The notes under the pieces were generated by a model. It was not told the origin of the DNA and did not search any database. It saw only the letters and a list, made by a program, of their open reading frames with translations. Of a stretch of 64,000 bases of DNA, positions 49,564 to 60,469 are shown piece by piece. Position numbers and translations under genes: made by a program. Numbering within the stretch: the first letter of the stretch is position 1; each line of letters opens with the position of its first letter. The DNA lies in NCBI RefSeq assembly GCF_056746865.1, contig NZ_CM163382.1; one strand, written 5' to 3'.

Positions 49564-50362
49564 CACTGTTGACGTCCACTTCGACGTACATCTCCTGGGT
49601 TTTAATGCCATCAGGGTTAATCAGATAACCGATGCAGGTGGCGTCATGCACCGGGCCGCCAGCCAGGCCGTAGTTTTCGAACTGCGTTTTTAGAGTGAAA
49701 TTCATGATGTCGCTGAACAGCTCTCCGGCGGGGCCGCCTACCCTTTCCATCCGGGCAATCACGTCCGGGGTGCAAACAGTCTGGTTGGTGAGATCGAGGC
49801 CCATCATCACCAACGGAACGCCGGAGGTGAACACCACGCGTGCGGCTTCCGGGTCGGCAAAGATGTTGAACTCGGCAGATGGGGTGAAGTTGCCTGTACC
49901 GTAAGCGCCGCCCATTAGCACAATTTCACGGATTTTCGGCAGGATCGCGGGTTGCATACGCATTGCCACCGCGATATTTGAAAGCGGACCAACCGGCACC
50001 AGAGTGATATCACCATCGCTTGCCATCAGGGTATCAATGATATATTTCACCGCATGAGTGCTTTCTGCCTGGCGGGTCAGCGGCCCGAATACCGGGCCAT
50101 CAAGTCCGGTTTCACCGTGAATATTATCGGCAACGATTTGTTGACGCATAATGGGCTGTGGCATCCCCGCATAAACCGGAACATTAATCTCCAGTTTCTG
50201 GCAAACATTCAGGCCATTAATTAATGTTTTATCAAGCGTCTGATTACCCGCCACAATGGTGATGCCTAATAAATCAATCACCGGATGTTTCGCGGCCATC
50301 ATTATGGCAATAGCATCATCATGACCCGGATCACAATCCAGAATAATTTTTCTCTTTTCCAT
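49564..50362 (-). pseudogene. rihB: 5' part of pyrimidine-specific ribonucleoside hydrolase gene (N-terminal DCDPGHDD motif), truncated by the IS; the ORF runs on into IS sequence
   Basis: ORF 49328..50362 begins [22 protein letters not shown]... (nucleoside hydrolase signature) and switches to unrelated IS-derived residues after ...VDVNS. Confidence 0.85.
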
Positions 50363-50530
50363 TGTTTATTTCCTCTGTTTCCAGTTGCGTTATTTTTTCT
50401 ACAGCAAAGAAAATTCGACCGGGCCGATGATTGAATCTTAACAACAGCGTAAGTATGCTAAATATGAGAAATCTCATAGCGGATAAACATCGTGAAAGAA
50501 ATCCACAATAATGATCTTAAGCAGCAATTG

Positions 50531-51190
50531 ATGAGTGAATCCGCGTTTAAGGATTGCTTTTCAACGGATGTTTCAGCCGATACGCGGCTGTTTCATTTTT
50601 TAGCGCGTGACTACATAGTGCAGGAAGGGCAACAGCCGTCCTGGCTGTTTTATCTGACGCGAGGCCGCGCCAGGCTTTACGCCACGCTTGCTAATGGTCG
50701 CGTGTCGCTGATCGATTTCTTTGCCGCTCCCTGTTTTATTGGCGAGATTGAGTTAATCGACAAAGACCATGAACCGCGTGCGGTGCAGGCTATTGAAGAG
50801 TGTTGGTGCCTTGCGCTCCCTATGAAACATTACCGTCCACTGTTATTAAACGACACCCTATTTTTACGAAAACTTTGCGTCACCTTAAGTCATAAAAATT
50901 ATCGTAATATTGTTTCTTTAACTCAGAATCAATCATTTCCGTTAGTGAATCGCCTGGCAGCTTTTATATTACTCTCACAAGAAGGTGATCTTTATCACGA
51001 AAAGCATACGCAAGCGGCAGAGTATTTAGGCGTTTCTTATCGACATCTTTTATATGTTCTCGCGCAATTCATTCACGACGGTTTATTAATTAAAAGCAAG
51101 AAAGGATATCTAATTAAAAACAGAAAGCAGTTGTCAGGACTGGCGCTGGAGATGGACCCGGAGAATAAATTCTCCGGGATGATGCAGTAA
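50531..51190 (+). CDS. yeiL: Crp/Fnr-family transcriptional regulator
   Basis: ORF with cNMP-binding-like domain and C-terminal HTH; start assigned at [10 protein letters not shown] (an upstream in-frame ATG at 50492 is also possible). Confidence 0.75.
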   Translation: MSESAFKDCFSTDVSADTRLFHFLARDYIVQEGQQPSWLFYLTRGRARLYATLANGRVSLIDFFAAPCFIGEIELIDKDHEPRAVQAIEECWCLALPMKHYRPLLLNDTLFLRKLCVTLSHKNYRNIVSLTQNQSFPLVNRLAAFILLSQEGDLYHEKHTQAAEYLGVSYRHLLYVLAQFIHDGLLIKSKKGYLIKNRKQLSGLALEMDPENKFSGMMQ

Positions 51191-51204
51191 AAAATAATCT
51201 GCAA

Positions 51205-51252
51205 TAGCGCGATTGCCGGATGCAACGCTTAATAAGGCGTACATCCGGCAAT
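51205..51252. repeat. REP element between convergent yeiL and psuT
   Basis: GATTGCCGGATGCAACGCTTAATAAGGCGTACATCCGGCAATG. Confidence 0.75.
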
Positions 51253-51257
51253 GAAAC

Positions 51258-52508
51258 TCAAGCTAAACCAATAAAGAACCCGGCAATGGTCGCGCTCATC
51301 AGGTTGGAAAGCGTTGCTGCTGCCAGCGCCCGTAAACCAAGCTGGGCGATTTCCGGCGCGCGTTTTGGCGAAATAGCCGAAAATGCGCCAACGACAACAC
51401 CGATAGAACCAAAGTTCGCAAAACCACAAAGCGCAAAGGAGATAATCGCCACGGTTTTCACTTCCAGCGTGCCGCCCGTTTGCAGGTATGGGGAGAAACT
51501 CAGGTAAGCGACAAATTCGTTAATCGCCAGTTTCTGCCCAATCAGGCTACCCGCAAGGTTGGCATCACTCCAGTCCACACCCATGATCCACGCCAGCGGT
51601 GCCAGCACATAGCCAAAAATACTTTCCAGAGAGGCATTGGCGAAACCAAACCAGCCGCCAATTCCGCCGATAATGCCGTTGATCAGCGCAATAATTGCGA
51701 CAAACGCCATTACCACCGTCGCTACACCAGCGGCGATTTTCAGCCCGGTCATCGCACCGCTCGCCGCTGCTTCGATAAAGCTTTTTGGCGGCGTTTCGCT
51801 GAACGACAGATTTTCAAATGTGACCTGCGAAGGCTCGGTTGCCGGGCTAAGAATACGTGCAAACAAAATACCGCCAGGGATCGCCATCAGCGATGCCGCT
51901 AACAGGTAGTCAATTGGTACGCCCATTCCGGCATAACCAATCATCATCGAACCAGCAATGGACGCCATCCCGCTACAAATAGCCGTAAACAACTCGTTGC
52001 GATTCATGCGATCGATAAACGGTTTAACGATCGCCGGGATCTCATTTTGCCCGAGGAAAATAGTAGTAACCGCAACAAAAGATTCGATTTTGCTGATGTT
52101 GAGGGCTTTCTGGAAAATGCTGCCAAGGATGCGAATCAGCAGCCCCATCACGCCAATGTAGTACAGCAGACTGATGAGCGCAGTAACGAAGATAATCGCC
52201 GGAAGTACGCGAAAGGCGAAGATAAAGCCCGCGCCATCAAACAGGACATCCATTTTCGGCCCGACCAATGAACCAAAAATAAAGGCGCTACCGGCATCAC
52301 TGTAAGACATCACTTTATGAACGCCTAATGCCGCCTGTTCTACTGCCCATTTTCCCGGTGGGAAGTAGAGCATGATGCCACCAATAGCGATTTGCAGCAG
52401 CAGTGCGGCTCCAACCGTGCGCAAACTGATGCCCTTTTTATTCACTGACAACAGAAATGCTATTGCCAGTAACACCACCATCCCCACAACACTTCTCATT
52501 ATATCCAT
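51258..52508 (-). CDS. psuT: NupC-family nucleoside (pseudouridine) transporter
   Basis: 416-aa ORF, paralog of nupX; upstream of psuG/psuK on the same strand. Confidence 0.85.
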   Translation of the reverse strand: MDIMRSVVGMVVLLAIAFLLSVNKKGISLRTVGAALLLQIAIGGIMLYFPPGKWAVEQAALGVHKVMSYSDAGSAFIFGSLVGPKMDVLFDGAGFIFAFRVLPAIIFVTALISLLYYIGVMGLLIRILGSIFQKALNISKIESFVAVTTIFLGQNEIPAIVKPFIDRMNRNELFTAICSGMASIAGSMMIGYAGMGVPIDYLLAASLMAIPGGILFARILSPATEPSQVTFENLSFSETPPKSFIEAAASGAMTGLKIAAGVATVVMAFVAIIALINGIIGGIGGWFGFANASLESIFGYVLAPLAWIMGVDWSDANLAGSLIGQKLAINEFVAYLSFSPYLQTGGTLEVKTVAIISFALCGFANFGSIGVVVGAFSAISPKRAPEIAQLGLRALAAATLSNLMSATIAGFFIGLA

Positions 52509-52601
52509 AATGATTTTCCCTTCATGCCAGTAAACCCGGCGTCAGCGCCAGGTTTTGGTATGCTTGATGAGTACGGGCGACGGCTTTCTGCCCGTCAGAA
52601 A

Positions 52602-53540
52602 TTAACCCGCGAGACGCTGGTATTCTTTGGCAATTTCGCTCGCCAGAATGGCGTTGTTGAACACCAGTTGGATGTTGGATTTCAGGCTGTCACCGCCAGT
52701 CAGTTCAGCAACACGAGCCAGCAGGAACGGTGTGCTTTCTTTACCAATAACGCCCTGCTCTTCGGCTTCGGCGACGGCTTGATCTATGGCTGCATTGATA
52801 GATTCCTCCGGCATCGCAAACTGTTCCGGGATCGGATTCGCCACCACCAGGCCACCGTTCAGACCGCTTTGCCATTTCACCGCCATTGCACGAGCGATTT
52901 CCGTGGCACTATCAAGGCGAATACTGACTTCAAACGGGCTGGTGCGGCAGAAAAACGCAGGCAGCGCTTTGGTCTGATAGCCAATTAACGGCACACCGAA
53001 GGTTTCTAAATACTCAGTGGTTAATCCTAAATCGAGAATAGATTTCGCCCCGGCACAAACAACGGTGACATTAGTATTTGCCAGTTCTTGCAAATCGGCA
53101 GAAATATCGAAGGTATGTTCCGCCCCGCGATGCACACCACCAATTCCCCCTGTGGCAAATACTTTAATTCCGGCAAGCGCCGCAATAATCATCGTTGAAG
53201 CAACGGTAGTTGCGCCATTTTTTCCGGCGGCAACAACAAAAGGTAAATCGCGACGACTAACTTTGGTCACGTTATGCCCTTCACTACCCAGCAATTCAAT
53301 TTCTTCTTTGCTTAAACCCACTTTCATCACGCCGCCAATAATGGCGATAGTGGCAGGTACAGCGCCCTGTTTACGAATAGTTTCTTCAACTTCAATTGCG
53401 GTCTGGGCATTTTGTGGGAACGGCATCCCGTGAGAAATAATGGTCGATTCCAGCGCCACAACCGGTTTTTTGTTTTTTAAAGCGTCCTGCACTTCCGGGG
53501 AAATTTGTAATAATTCAGGGGAAATTTTTAATTCAGACAT
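52602..53540 (-). CDS. psuG: pseudouridine-5'-phosphate glycosidase
   Basis: 312-aa ORF; overlaps psuK by 13 nt. Confidence 0.85.
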   Translation of the reverse strand: MSELKISPELLQISPEVQDALKNKKPVVALESTIISHGMPFPQNAQTAIEVEETIRKQGAVPATIAIIGGVMKVGLSKEEIELLGSEGHNVTKVSRRDLPFVVAAGKNGATTVASTMIIAALAGIKVFATGGIGGVHRGAEHTFDISADLQELANTNVTVVCAGAKSILDLGLTTEYLETFGVPLIGYQTKALPAFFCRTSPFEVSIRLDSATEIARAMAVKWQSGLNGGLVVANPIPEQFAMPEESINAAIDQAVAEAEEQGVIGKESTPFLLARVAELTGGDSLKSNIQLVFNNAILASEIAKEYQRLAG

Positions 53541-54469
53541 TCTGCGTTCTCCACTAACGATATAACGTTGGCAATCGATAAATCGGGGTTATTGGTGTAT
53601 TCACAGGAGAGCGCCATTGACGAACATCCCTGTGCGAAACGAACAGATTCGGCAAACGGCATTCCGTCTACCCAACACGAAGCAAGTCCCGCCATCATGG
53701 CATCGCCCGCTCCGGTAACATTAATGACATTGGTTTTGATCGGCGCAGACCAACCACTTTCACCGCTGATATCACTGTAATAAACGCCGTCGCCGCCCAT
53801 GCTCATTACCAGTCGGTTCAGGCCATGTTGATGGAACCAGGCAGCAACTTTTGCCACATCTTCACGCCCTGACAAAGCAATCCCACTCAAGGTTTCCGCT
53901 TCAAGGCGGTTTGGCTTCAGGGTGTGGATCTGATTTAGACGGTCACGCACTTTGACACATTTCCATGCCGAAACCGGATCGACAAATACAGGTACATTGG
54001 CGGCATTATCCAGAATCCATGCCAGTGCCTCTTCACTGATATTACAGTCCGCGACAATGACCTTTGCCCTTTGAATAAATTCACGGTGCTGTGCGAGATA
54101 TTCAGCTGTAATAGCGTTGCTAATATTCATGTCATTTATAGCAACCAGCATTTCACCGGTATTATCGAGTAATGATAAATAGCTCGACGTGTTTTCTCCC
54201 GGCACAATCAGGCATTTATCGACATAAACACCAGATTGATTGGTTTGCGTTAGCAACGATTGACCATAAAAATCACTGCCTACTGCGCTCAGTAGCCAGG
54301 ATTTATTCCCCAGCAACGCCAGGTTTTGTGCAATATTGCGCCCGACTCCACCAGGCGTAAATTTTATTTTACCTGGATTTGAATCCGCATAATTTAATGA
54401 TTCATGTGAATATCCGGCGACATCAATATTCGCCGAACCTATAATTACGACATAATCCTTTTCGCGCAT
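53528..54469 (-). CDS. psuK: pseudouridine kinase (PfkB family)
   Basis: 313-aa ORF with PfkB motifs (GGVGRN, ...GAGDAMMAG). Confidence 0.85.
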   Translation of the reverse strand: MREKDYVVIIGSANIDVAGYSHESLNYADSNPGKIKFTPGGVGRNIAQNLALLGNKSWLLSAVGSDFYGQSLLTQTNQSGVYVDKCLIVPGENTSSYLSLLDNTGEMLVAINDMNISNAITAEYLAQHREFIQRAKVIVADCNISEEALAWILDNAANVPVFVDPVSAWKCVKVRDRLNQIHTLKPNRLEAETLSGIALSGREDVAKVAAWFHQHGLNRLVMSMGGDGVYYSDISGESGWSAPIKTNVINVTGAGDAMMAGLASCWVDGMPFAESVRFAQGCSSMALSCEYTNNPDLSIANVISLVENAECLN

Positions 54470-54715
54470 AGCACGTCCTCTGGTAAAAAATTACCAACCC
54501 TGTCAATCCACAAGAATATTGATACTGCAAAGACGGTTTAAACATGTGTTCATATTTAAACATGTGCTCATAGTATGCATGTTTTACGTAAAGTAAATTA
54601 CCGCCAGAGAGGCAAAATGGGCAGATTTGAGCAGGCTCACAAAACGCGATTAAATGCCTGAATTATAAAAACGGGGAATTTGTGACGGGATGCACAGAAC
54701 AGGAACAATAAAAAA

Positions 54716-54735
54716 GGGCAGAAATTAATCTGCCC
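54716..54735 (-). terminator. Putative intrinsic terminator downstream of the fruBKA operon
   Basis: GGGCAG-AAATTAAT-CTGCCC hairpin followed by a U6 tract on the minus strand. Confidence 0.55.
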
Positions 54736-54892
54736 TTGAGGAAATAACCTTAGTGTTTGATGAAGGTTTCAGGTTTCTACTAAAAGATAAAACCATTTAA
54801 ATTCATAAAATTACATTCACAAACCGGTCATTCTCTTTGCGCGCATCAAATGTTACAGGGCAGGAAATTTCTGCCCTGTAACACACCTTTTA

Positions 54893-56584
54893 TTACGCTG
54901 CTTTCGCTACTGCGTCCACTTCCGGACGTTTCAGGAAGGCATAGGCCAGACCCGCCACCAGCGTACCGGCAATAATGGCTACCAGGTAACCCAGTACCGG
55001 CGTAATAGCGCCAGGGATCAGCAGAACAAACAGACCACCGTGCGGTGCCATCAGTTTCGCACCAATCGCCATTGAGATTGCGCCAGTCAGCGCCCCACCC
55101 ACGATACAGCACGGCAGCACACGCATCGGATCACGAGCAGCAAACGGAATTGCACCTTCCGAAATGAAGCACAGTCCCAATACCAGAGCGGCTTTGCCAC
55201 CTTCCTGCTGCGCTTTGTCGAATTTGCGACGCGCCACCATTGTTGCCAGGCCCATTGCCAGCGGTGGCACCATACCTGCCGCCATAATCGCCGCCATCGG
55301 GCCATAGGTTTGAGTACTCAGCAGACCCACACCGAATGCGTACGCTGCTTTGTTTACCGGACCGCCCATGTCAGTACACATCATGCCACCGAGGATCGCC
55401 CCCAGCAGAACCGCATTCGCAGTCCCCATGGTCTGCAGCCAGTGAGTCAACCCTTCGAGAATGCCAGCAACCGGTTTACCGATCAGGTAGATCATCGCCA
55501 GACCGACCACCAGACTGGAAATTAGCGGAATGATCAGAATCGGTTTCAGCGCCTCCATACTCTGTGGCAGTTTCAATTGCGTACTGATTAACTTCGCAAT
55601 GTAACCAGCCAGGAAGCCCGCAATAATACCGCCAATGAAGCCAGAACCAGTGCTGACCGCCAGCATACCGCCAATCAGACCCGGCGTGAGACCCGGACGA
55701 TCGGCAATGGAAAAGGCAATATAACCTGCCAGTACCGGCACCATCAACGCAAAGGCTGAACCACCACCAATCTGCATCAGCGCCGCAGCCAACGTACCCG
55801 GCTCTTTAAACGCTTCGATACCAAAAGCAAAAGAAAGCGCGATACACAGACCACCTGCAACGACCATCGGCAGCATGTAAGAGACGCCAGTCAGCAAGTG
55901 ACGGTAAGCGCCTGCACTCTCTTTCTTACCTTCAGTGGTCGCTGTTTGAGTTTTGCCCGCCGGTTCATACGGCGTTGCTTCAGCAACCGCATTATCCAGT
56001 TCCTGCGCGGTTTTCTTCAGCGCCAGACCGGTAGAGGTACGATACATCGGTTTACCAGCAAATTTCGCCAGATCCACTTCGATATCTGCCGCCACAATCA
56101 CCAGATCCGCTGCTGCGACTTCTTCGGGAGTGATTGCATTACCCGCGCCAACAGAACCACGGGTTTCAACTTTCACCCACCAGCCACGTTTTTTCGCTTC
56201 GGTTTCAATGGCTTCAGCCGCCATAAAGGTGTGTGCTACGCCAGTCGGGCAAGCAGTCACCGCAACTACGCGTTTCGGACCGCTGGCGGCAACCGGTGCT
56301 GTCGCAGCGACCGGCGCAGTGTAAGGTTTCGCATGGCCTTTGGCTTCACTCAGGAACAGCTCAGGGTGCGCAACTGCCCGGGAAATATCGCCCAGCCAGA
56401 CATTTTTACCGTTCAGCGCGCTGTCGTTCGGGATGGAATCACCGAGAACAATCGCCATTTCAGCGTCGTTCGGATTGTCGATGATTTCCAGTTTTGCTTT
56501 TCGCGCCGCCGCGCCCAGCAGGGTCTTCGCCATATAGGCGCGTGCCTGACCGAGATTAGCGTCAATAATCAGCAGCGTTTTCAT
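54893..56584 (-). CDS. fruA: fructose PTS EIIB'BC component
   Basis: 563-aa ORF, large membrane EIIC domain; fruBKA order. Confidence 0.95.
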   Translation of the reverse strand: MKTLLIIDANLGQARAYMAKTLLGAAARKAKLEIIDNPNDAEMAIVLGDSIPNDSALNGKNVWLGDISRAVAHPELFLSEAKGHAKPYTAPVAATAPVAASGPKRVVAVTACPTGVAHTFMAAEAIETEAKKRGWWVKVETRGSVGAGNAITPEEVAAADLVIVAADIEVDLAKFAGKPMYRTSTGLALKKTAQELDNAVAEATPYEPAGKTQTATTEGKKESAGAYRHLLTGVSYMLPMVVAGGLCIALSFAFGIEAFKEPGTLAAALMQIGGGSAFALMVPVLAGYIAFSIADRPGLTPGLIGGMLAVSTGSGFIGGIIAGFLAGYIAKLISTQLKLPQSMEALKPILIIPLISSLVVGLAMIYLIGKPVAGILEGLTHWLQTMGTANAVLLGAILGGMMCTDMGGPVNKAAYAFGVGLLSTQTYGPMAAIMAAGMVPPLAMGLATMVARRKFDKAQQEGGKAALVLGLCFISEGAIPFAARDPMRVLPCCIVGGALTGAISMAIGAKLMAPHGGLFVLLIPGAITPVLGYLVAIIAGTLVAGLAYAFLKRPEVDAVAKAA

Positions 56585-56600
56585 TATGCCTCTCCTGCTG

Positions 56601-57539
56601 TCAGTTAAAAGGTTGTAAGTCGACGCGCGCCATCATTGCGGCCAACTGCGGACGATCGGTAATACCCACATTGCTTTGACTTACCGCCAGGGCTGCAACA
56701 GCTGTCGCCAGACGCAGTGTGTGTTCACTGGATTCACGCATCAGCAAGCCATAAATCAGGCCGCCAACCATAGAATCCCCTGCGCCAACGGTGCTTACGA
56801 CATCGACTGACGGTGGTTTGGCGATCCATTCGCCGGAGGCATTAACCCAAAGCGCGCCTTCGGCACCCAGTGAAATAACGACATGCGCGATACCTTGTTC
56901 ACGTAGCGCATGTGCAGCTTCAATCACATCTTTCATTTCAGGCAGTTTACGGCCTGCCCAGATTTCCAGCTCGCGGCGGTTAGGTTTCACCAGCCACGGT
57001 GCCGCTTTCAAACCTGCTACTAACGCTTCGCGGCTACTATCAAAGATAATGCAAGGACACTGACTACGCAGGCGAGTCATCCAGTCGGTGAACGCTTCCG
57101 GGCTGACGCCTGACGGTAAGCTTCCGCTGACACAGACCATATCGAACTGACCGAGCCAGCTCAGAGAATCAGTCACAAAGCGTTCCCAGTCGGCGGGGGT
57201 GACTTCAAAACCCGAGAAGTTGAAGTCGGTCACTTCGCCGTCTTTTTCCGTCAGCTTAACGTTAATTCGGGTGCGCCCCTGTACAACCTGGAAACGGTTG
57301 GCAATGCCCAGCTCGCTGAACAGTTGCTGAAAACCATCCTGATTGTCTTTACCGAGGAAGCCGCCAACGGTGACATCAATTCCCAGGTCTTTTAATACTT
57401 TGGCCACGTTGATGCCTTTACCCGCCGCATGCAGACCGGTGGTTTTCACCAGGTTCACTTCGCCGCGTTCAATTTCCGGGCAGAAACCAACAAGGTCATA
57501 AGCCGGATTAAGGGTGATAGTAGCAACACGTCTGCTCAT
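56601..57539 (-). CDS. fruK: 1-phosphofructokinase
   Basis: 312-aa PfkB-family ORF; 1-nt overlap with fruB stop. Confidence 0.95.
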   Translation of the reverse strand: MSRRVATITLNPAYDLVGFCPEIERGEVNLVKTTGLHAAGKGINVAKVLKDLGIDVTVGGFLGKDNQDGFQQLFSELGIANRFQVVQGRTRINVKLTEKDGEVTDFNFSGFEVTPADWERFVTDSLSWLGQFDMVCVSGSLPSGVSPEAFTDWMTRLRSQCPCIIFDSSREALVAGLKAAPWLVKPNRRELEIWAGRKLPEMKDVIEAAHALREQGIAHVVISLGAEGALWVNASGEWIAKPPSVDVVSTVGAGDSMVGGLIYGLLMRESSEHTLRLATAVAALAVSQSNVGITDRPQLAAMMARVDLQPFN

Positions 57540-58669
57540 TATGCGCCCTCCCCAAGACCAGCAGCGATAGCGTCGCCAATGGCTTTCAGCGCCTGTTCAG
57601 CATCTGCACCCTGGGCGGTAAAGCGTAGGCGATGACCTTTCTTAACGCCAAGTGCCACAACTTTCATCAGACTACGTCCGTTTGCCGGTTTGCCGGTGCC
57701 ATCAAGGTTTGTCACGGTAATATCACTGTTAAATTGTTTAATGGTATTGACCAGCATGGTACCTGGACGAGCATGCAGGCCGTGTTCATTGCGCACCACA
57801 AACTCCGCGCTTAACACGTCGTCGGTCGGCGCATCATCGCTGGTCAGCAACGCCAGCAACGTTGCCGCATCCGCTTTCAGCAAGCGGTCAGCTTTATTGT
57901 CGAGTAACAAATCAGCGAGACGCTTAAGAACCGCAATGGGCTGATCGTCATTCATCGCCACACTCACCAGCATGGCTGCCGTTTCGCCGTCCACATCAAA
58001 AGCATTTGCCGCACGGCTTACCGCAATCGCGCTACGCAGATTGCCTTCGGCGCTATCGCTCAGCCAGATACCCTGTCCGAGGTTCAGCGGTTGTTCATTG
58101 ATGGCTTTGGTGACGAAAGTGGCGTCAACTGCCCCCGCCTCTTTCAGACGAGCAGCGTTCAGCGCCTGAAGAGTCAGCAGATCGCTGGCGACGATATCCA
58201 GCGTCAGCATTTCGTTGTCGAGCTTCAGCTGCTCACTCTGCTTTTCGCCCATCAGCAATGCGCGAAGTTCTTCTGCTGTTGTTGCTGACTTCAGTTGTTC
58301 AGCAACGGAATCATCGCTCAGTACGTGGGTCAGCTGGCGTAGCAGGCCCAAATGTTCATCCGAGCTGGCAGCAATACCGATCGCCACGTACGCTACCTGG
58401 CCGTCACCCCAGGTGACGCCTTCCGGGAACTGAAATACCTGAACGCCGGTTTTCAGCACCTGATCGCGGGTGTCGGTAGTGCCGTGTGGAATAGCAATAC
58501 CATTGCCGAGGAACGTAGAGGTTTGCTGTTCGCGCGCCAGCATGCCATTGACGTAGCCTTCAGCTACATTACCGGCCTGCACCAGCGCCGCAGCGACCTG
58601 GCGAATCGCCTCTTCTTTGTCTCCGGCCTTTTCGCCCGGATGGATGTCCTGTACGGATAACTGGAACAT
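57539..58669 (-). CDS. fruB: fructose PTS EIIA-FPr (diphosphoryl transfer protein)
   Basis: 376-aa ORF with EIIA and C-terminal HPr-like domain (EHGLHARP). Confidence 0.95.
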
Positions 58670-58755
58670 AGTTCTCCTCTCTTGCTGAATTGAAACGATT
58701 CAGCTTCTATGAGAAAAAAAGCGCCAACCTGGCTTAGGGTTAAAGACAAGATCGC

Positions 58756-58769
58756 GCTGAAACGTTTCA
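58756..58769. promoter_or_regulatory. Putative Cra (FruR) operator upstream of fruB
   Basis: GCTGAAACGTTTCA palindrome about 87 bp upstream of the fruB start; matches the Cra consensus. Confidence 0.6.
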
Positions 58770-59036
58770 AGAAAGCATAATACTTCTGTTTCAGCACGCA
58801 AGGAAAGCCGTAAAGTTATGAGCAAAAGTTTGATGTGCTGCACAATTTTTTGTCATTTTTCCTAATTGCTGATGGGAAAATCCGTTATCAGCAATTTCAT
58901 TTCAGCAGCGTCAGCAGCCAATCAGCAACAGTGAAATGGCATTTTGATTATTCGTGGCGCTTTTGATTTCGCTGTCTGTTTATTTTCTGACAAGCAGCGT
59001 AAACTCCGCGTCTTCCTCTTCCAGTGATCGACCAGC

Positions 59037-60218
59037 ATGCATAACTCCCCCGCAGTCTCCAGCGCGAAATCGTTTGACCTGACCTCGACGGCGTTTTTAA
59101 TCGTTGCTTTTCTCACCGGTATTGCGGGCGCTCTGCAAACCCCGACACTCAGTATTTTTCTTACTGATGAAGTACATGCCCGCCCGGCGATGGTGGGATT
59201 CTTCTTTACCGGCAGCGCTGTCATTGGGATTCTGGTAAGTCAGTTTCTCGCCGGGCGCTCTGATAAGCGCGGCGATCGCAAATCGCTGATTGTCTTTTGC
59301 TGCCTGTTAGGCGTGCTGGCCTGCACTCTTTTTGCCTGGAATCGCAACTACTTTGTTTTGCTATTCGTTGGCGTCTTTCTTAGCAGCTTTGGCTCGACTG
59401 CTAACCCGCAAATGTTTGCCCTCGCCCGTGAACATGCTGACAAAACCGGACGTGAAGCGGTGATGTTCAGCTCTTTTTTACGCGCTCAGGTTTCACTGGC
59501 ATGGGTCATTGGCCCGCCGCTGGCTTATGCCTTAGCGATGGGTTTCAGCTTTACGGTAATGTATCTGAGCGCAGCGGTAGCGTTTATTGTTTGCGGCGTG
59601 ATGGTGTGGCTGTTTTTACCGTCGATGCAAAAAGAACTTCCACTGGCGACCGGCACGGTTGAAGCGCCGCGCCGTAACCGTCGCGATACGCTGCTGCTGT
59701 TTGTCATTTGTACATTGATGTGGGGCTCGAACAGCCTGTACATCATCAACATGCCGCTATTTATTATCAACGAACTGCATCTTCCCGAGAAACTGGCCGG
59801 TGTGATGATGGGGACCGCCGCCGGGCTGGAAATCCCGACCATGTTGATTGCCGGATATTTCGCCAAACGTCTGGGTAAGCGTTTCTTAATGCGCGTTGCT
59901 GCCGTGGGTGGCGTCTGTTTTTACGCAGGAATGCTGATGGCGCATTCACCTGTCATTCTGTTGGGCTTGCAGCTGCTAAATGCTATTTTTATTGGCATTC
60001 TGGGTGGCATCGGGATGCTCTATTTTCAGGATTTGATGCCCGGTCAGGCAGGTTCAGCCACCACGCTCTATACCAACACTTCGCGCGTGGGCTGGATCAT
60101 CGCAGGATCAGTGGCGGGCATCGTCGCCGAGATCTGGAATTATCACGCTGTGTTCTGGTTTGCGATGGTGATGATTATCGCCACTCTGTTTTGCTTACTA
60201 CGGATTAAAGATGTTTAA
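59037..60218 (+). CDS. setB: MFS sugar efflux transporter
   Basis: 393-aa 12-TM ORF. Confidence 0.85.
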   Translation: MHNSPAVSSAKSFDLTSTAFLIVAFLTGIAGALQTPTLSIFLTDEVHARPAMVGFFFTGSAVIGILVSQFLAGRSDKRGDRKSLIVFCCLLGVLACTLFAWNRNYFVLLFVGVFLSSFGSTANPQMFALAREHADKTGREAVMFSSFLRAQVSLAWVIGPPLAYALAMGFSFTVMYLSAAVAFIVCGVMVWLFLPSMQKELPLATGTVEAPRRNRRDTLLLFVICTLMWGSNSLYIINMPLFIINELHLPEKLAGVMMGTAAGLEIPTMLIAGYFAKRLGKRFLMRVAAVGGVCFYAGMLMAHSPVILLGLQLLNAIFIGILGGIGMLYFQDLMPGQAGSATTLYTNTSRVGWIIAGSVAGIVAEIWNYHAVFWFAMVMIIATLFCLLRIKDV

Positions 60219-60469
60219 GGCGCGGTCAGGATTTCCAGATCGATAAGCCAGGTCATCGCCTGCTGACGCGAGTTACCGCACATTTCAGCGCTGGCTTGTA
60301 AGCCTGCACAGACTTTCGGTCGCAGTGGCGAGGTGAAAATTTTACAGCGTTGCTGTTCATCAAGCTGAATGCAGGGCGTATTGGCGGGCTTGCCATCTGG
60401 CATACCGGGAATAGGGCTGGAAATTGAAGGGGCAGTGCAACACGCCCCGCAACCCGGACGGCATTCCAT
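60215..60469 (-). CDS. yeiW: small cysteine-rich protein (84 aa)
   Basis: ORF from [18 protein letters not shown]...; 10 Cys residues; 3' end overlaps setB stop by 4 nt (convergent). Confidence 0.65.

Noticed and set aside
46758-52508. Possibility that the two nupC-like genes are an assembly duplication artefact
   Set aside because: The two proteins differ at many positions throughout (MDVMRSVLGMVV... versus MDIMRSVVGMVV... and onward), so they are genuine diverged paralogs rather than a collapsed or duplicated contig.
55898-56608. 236-aa and 123-aa ORFs on the plus strand
   Set aside because: Antisense to fruA; shadow ORFs.
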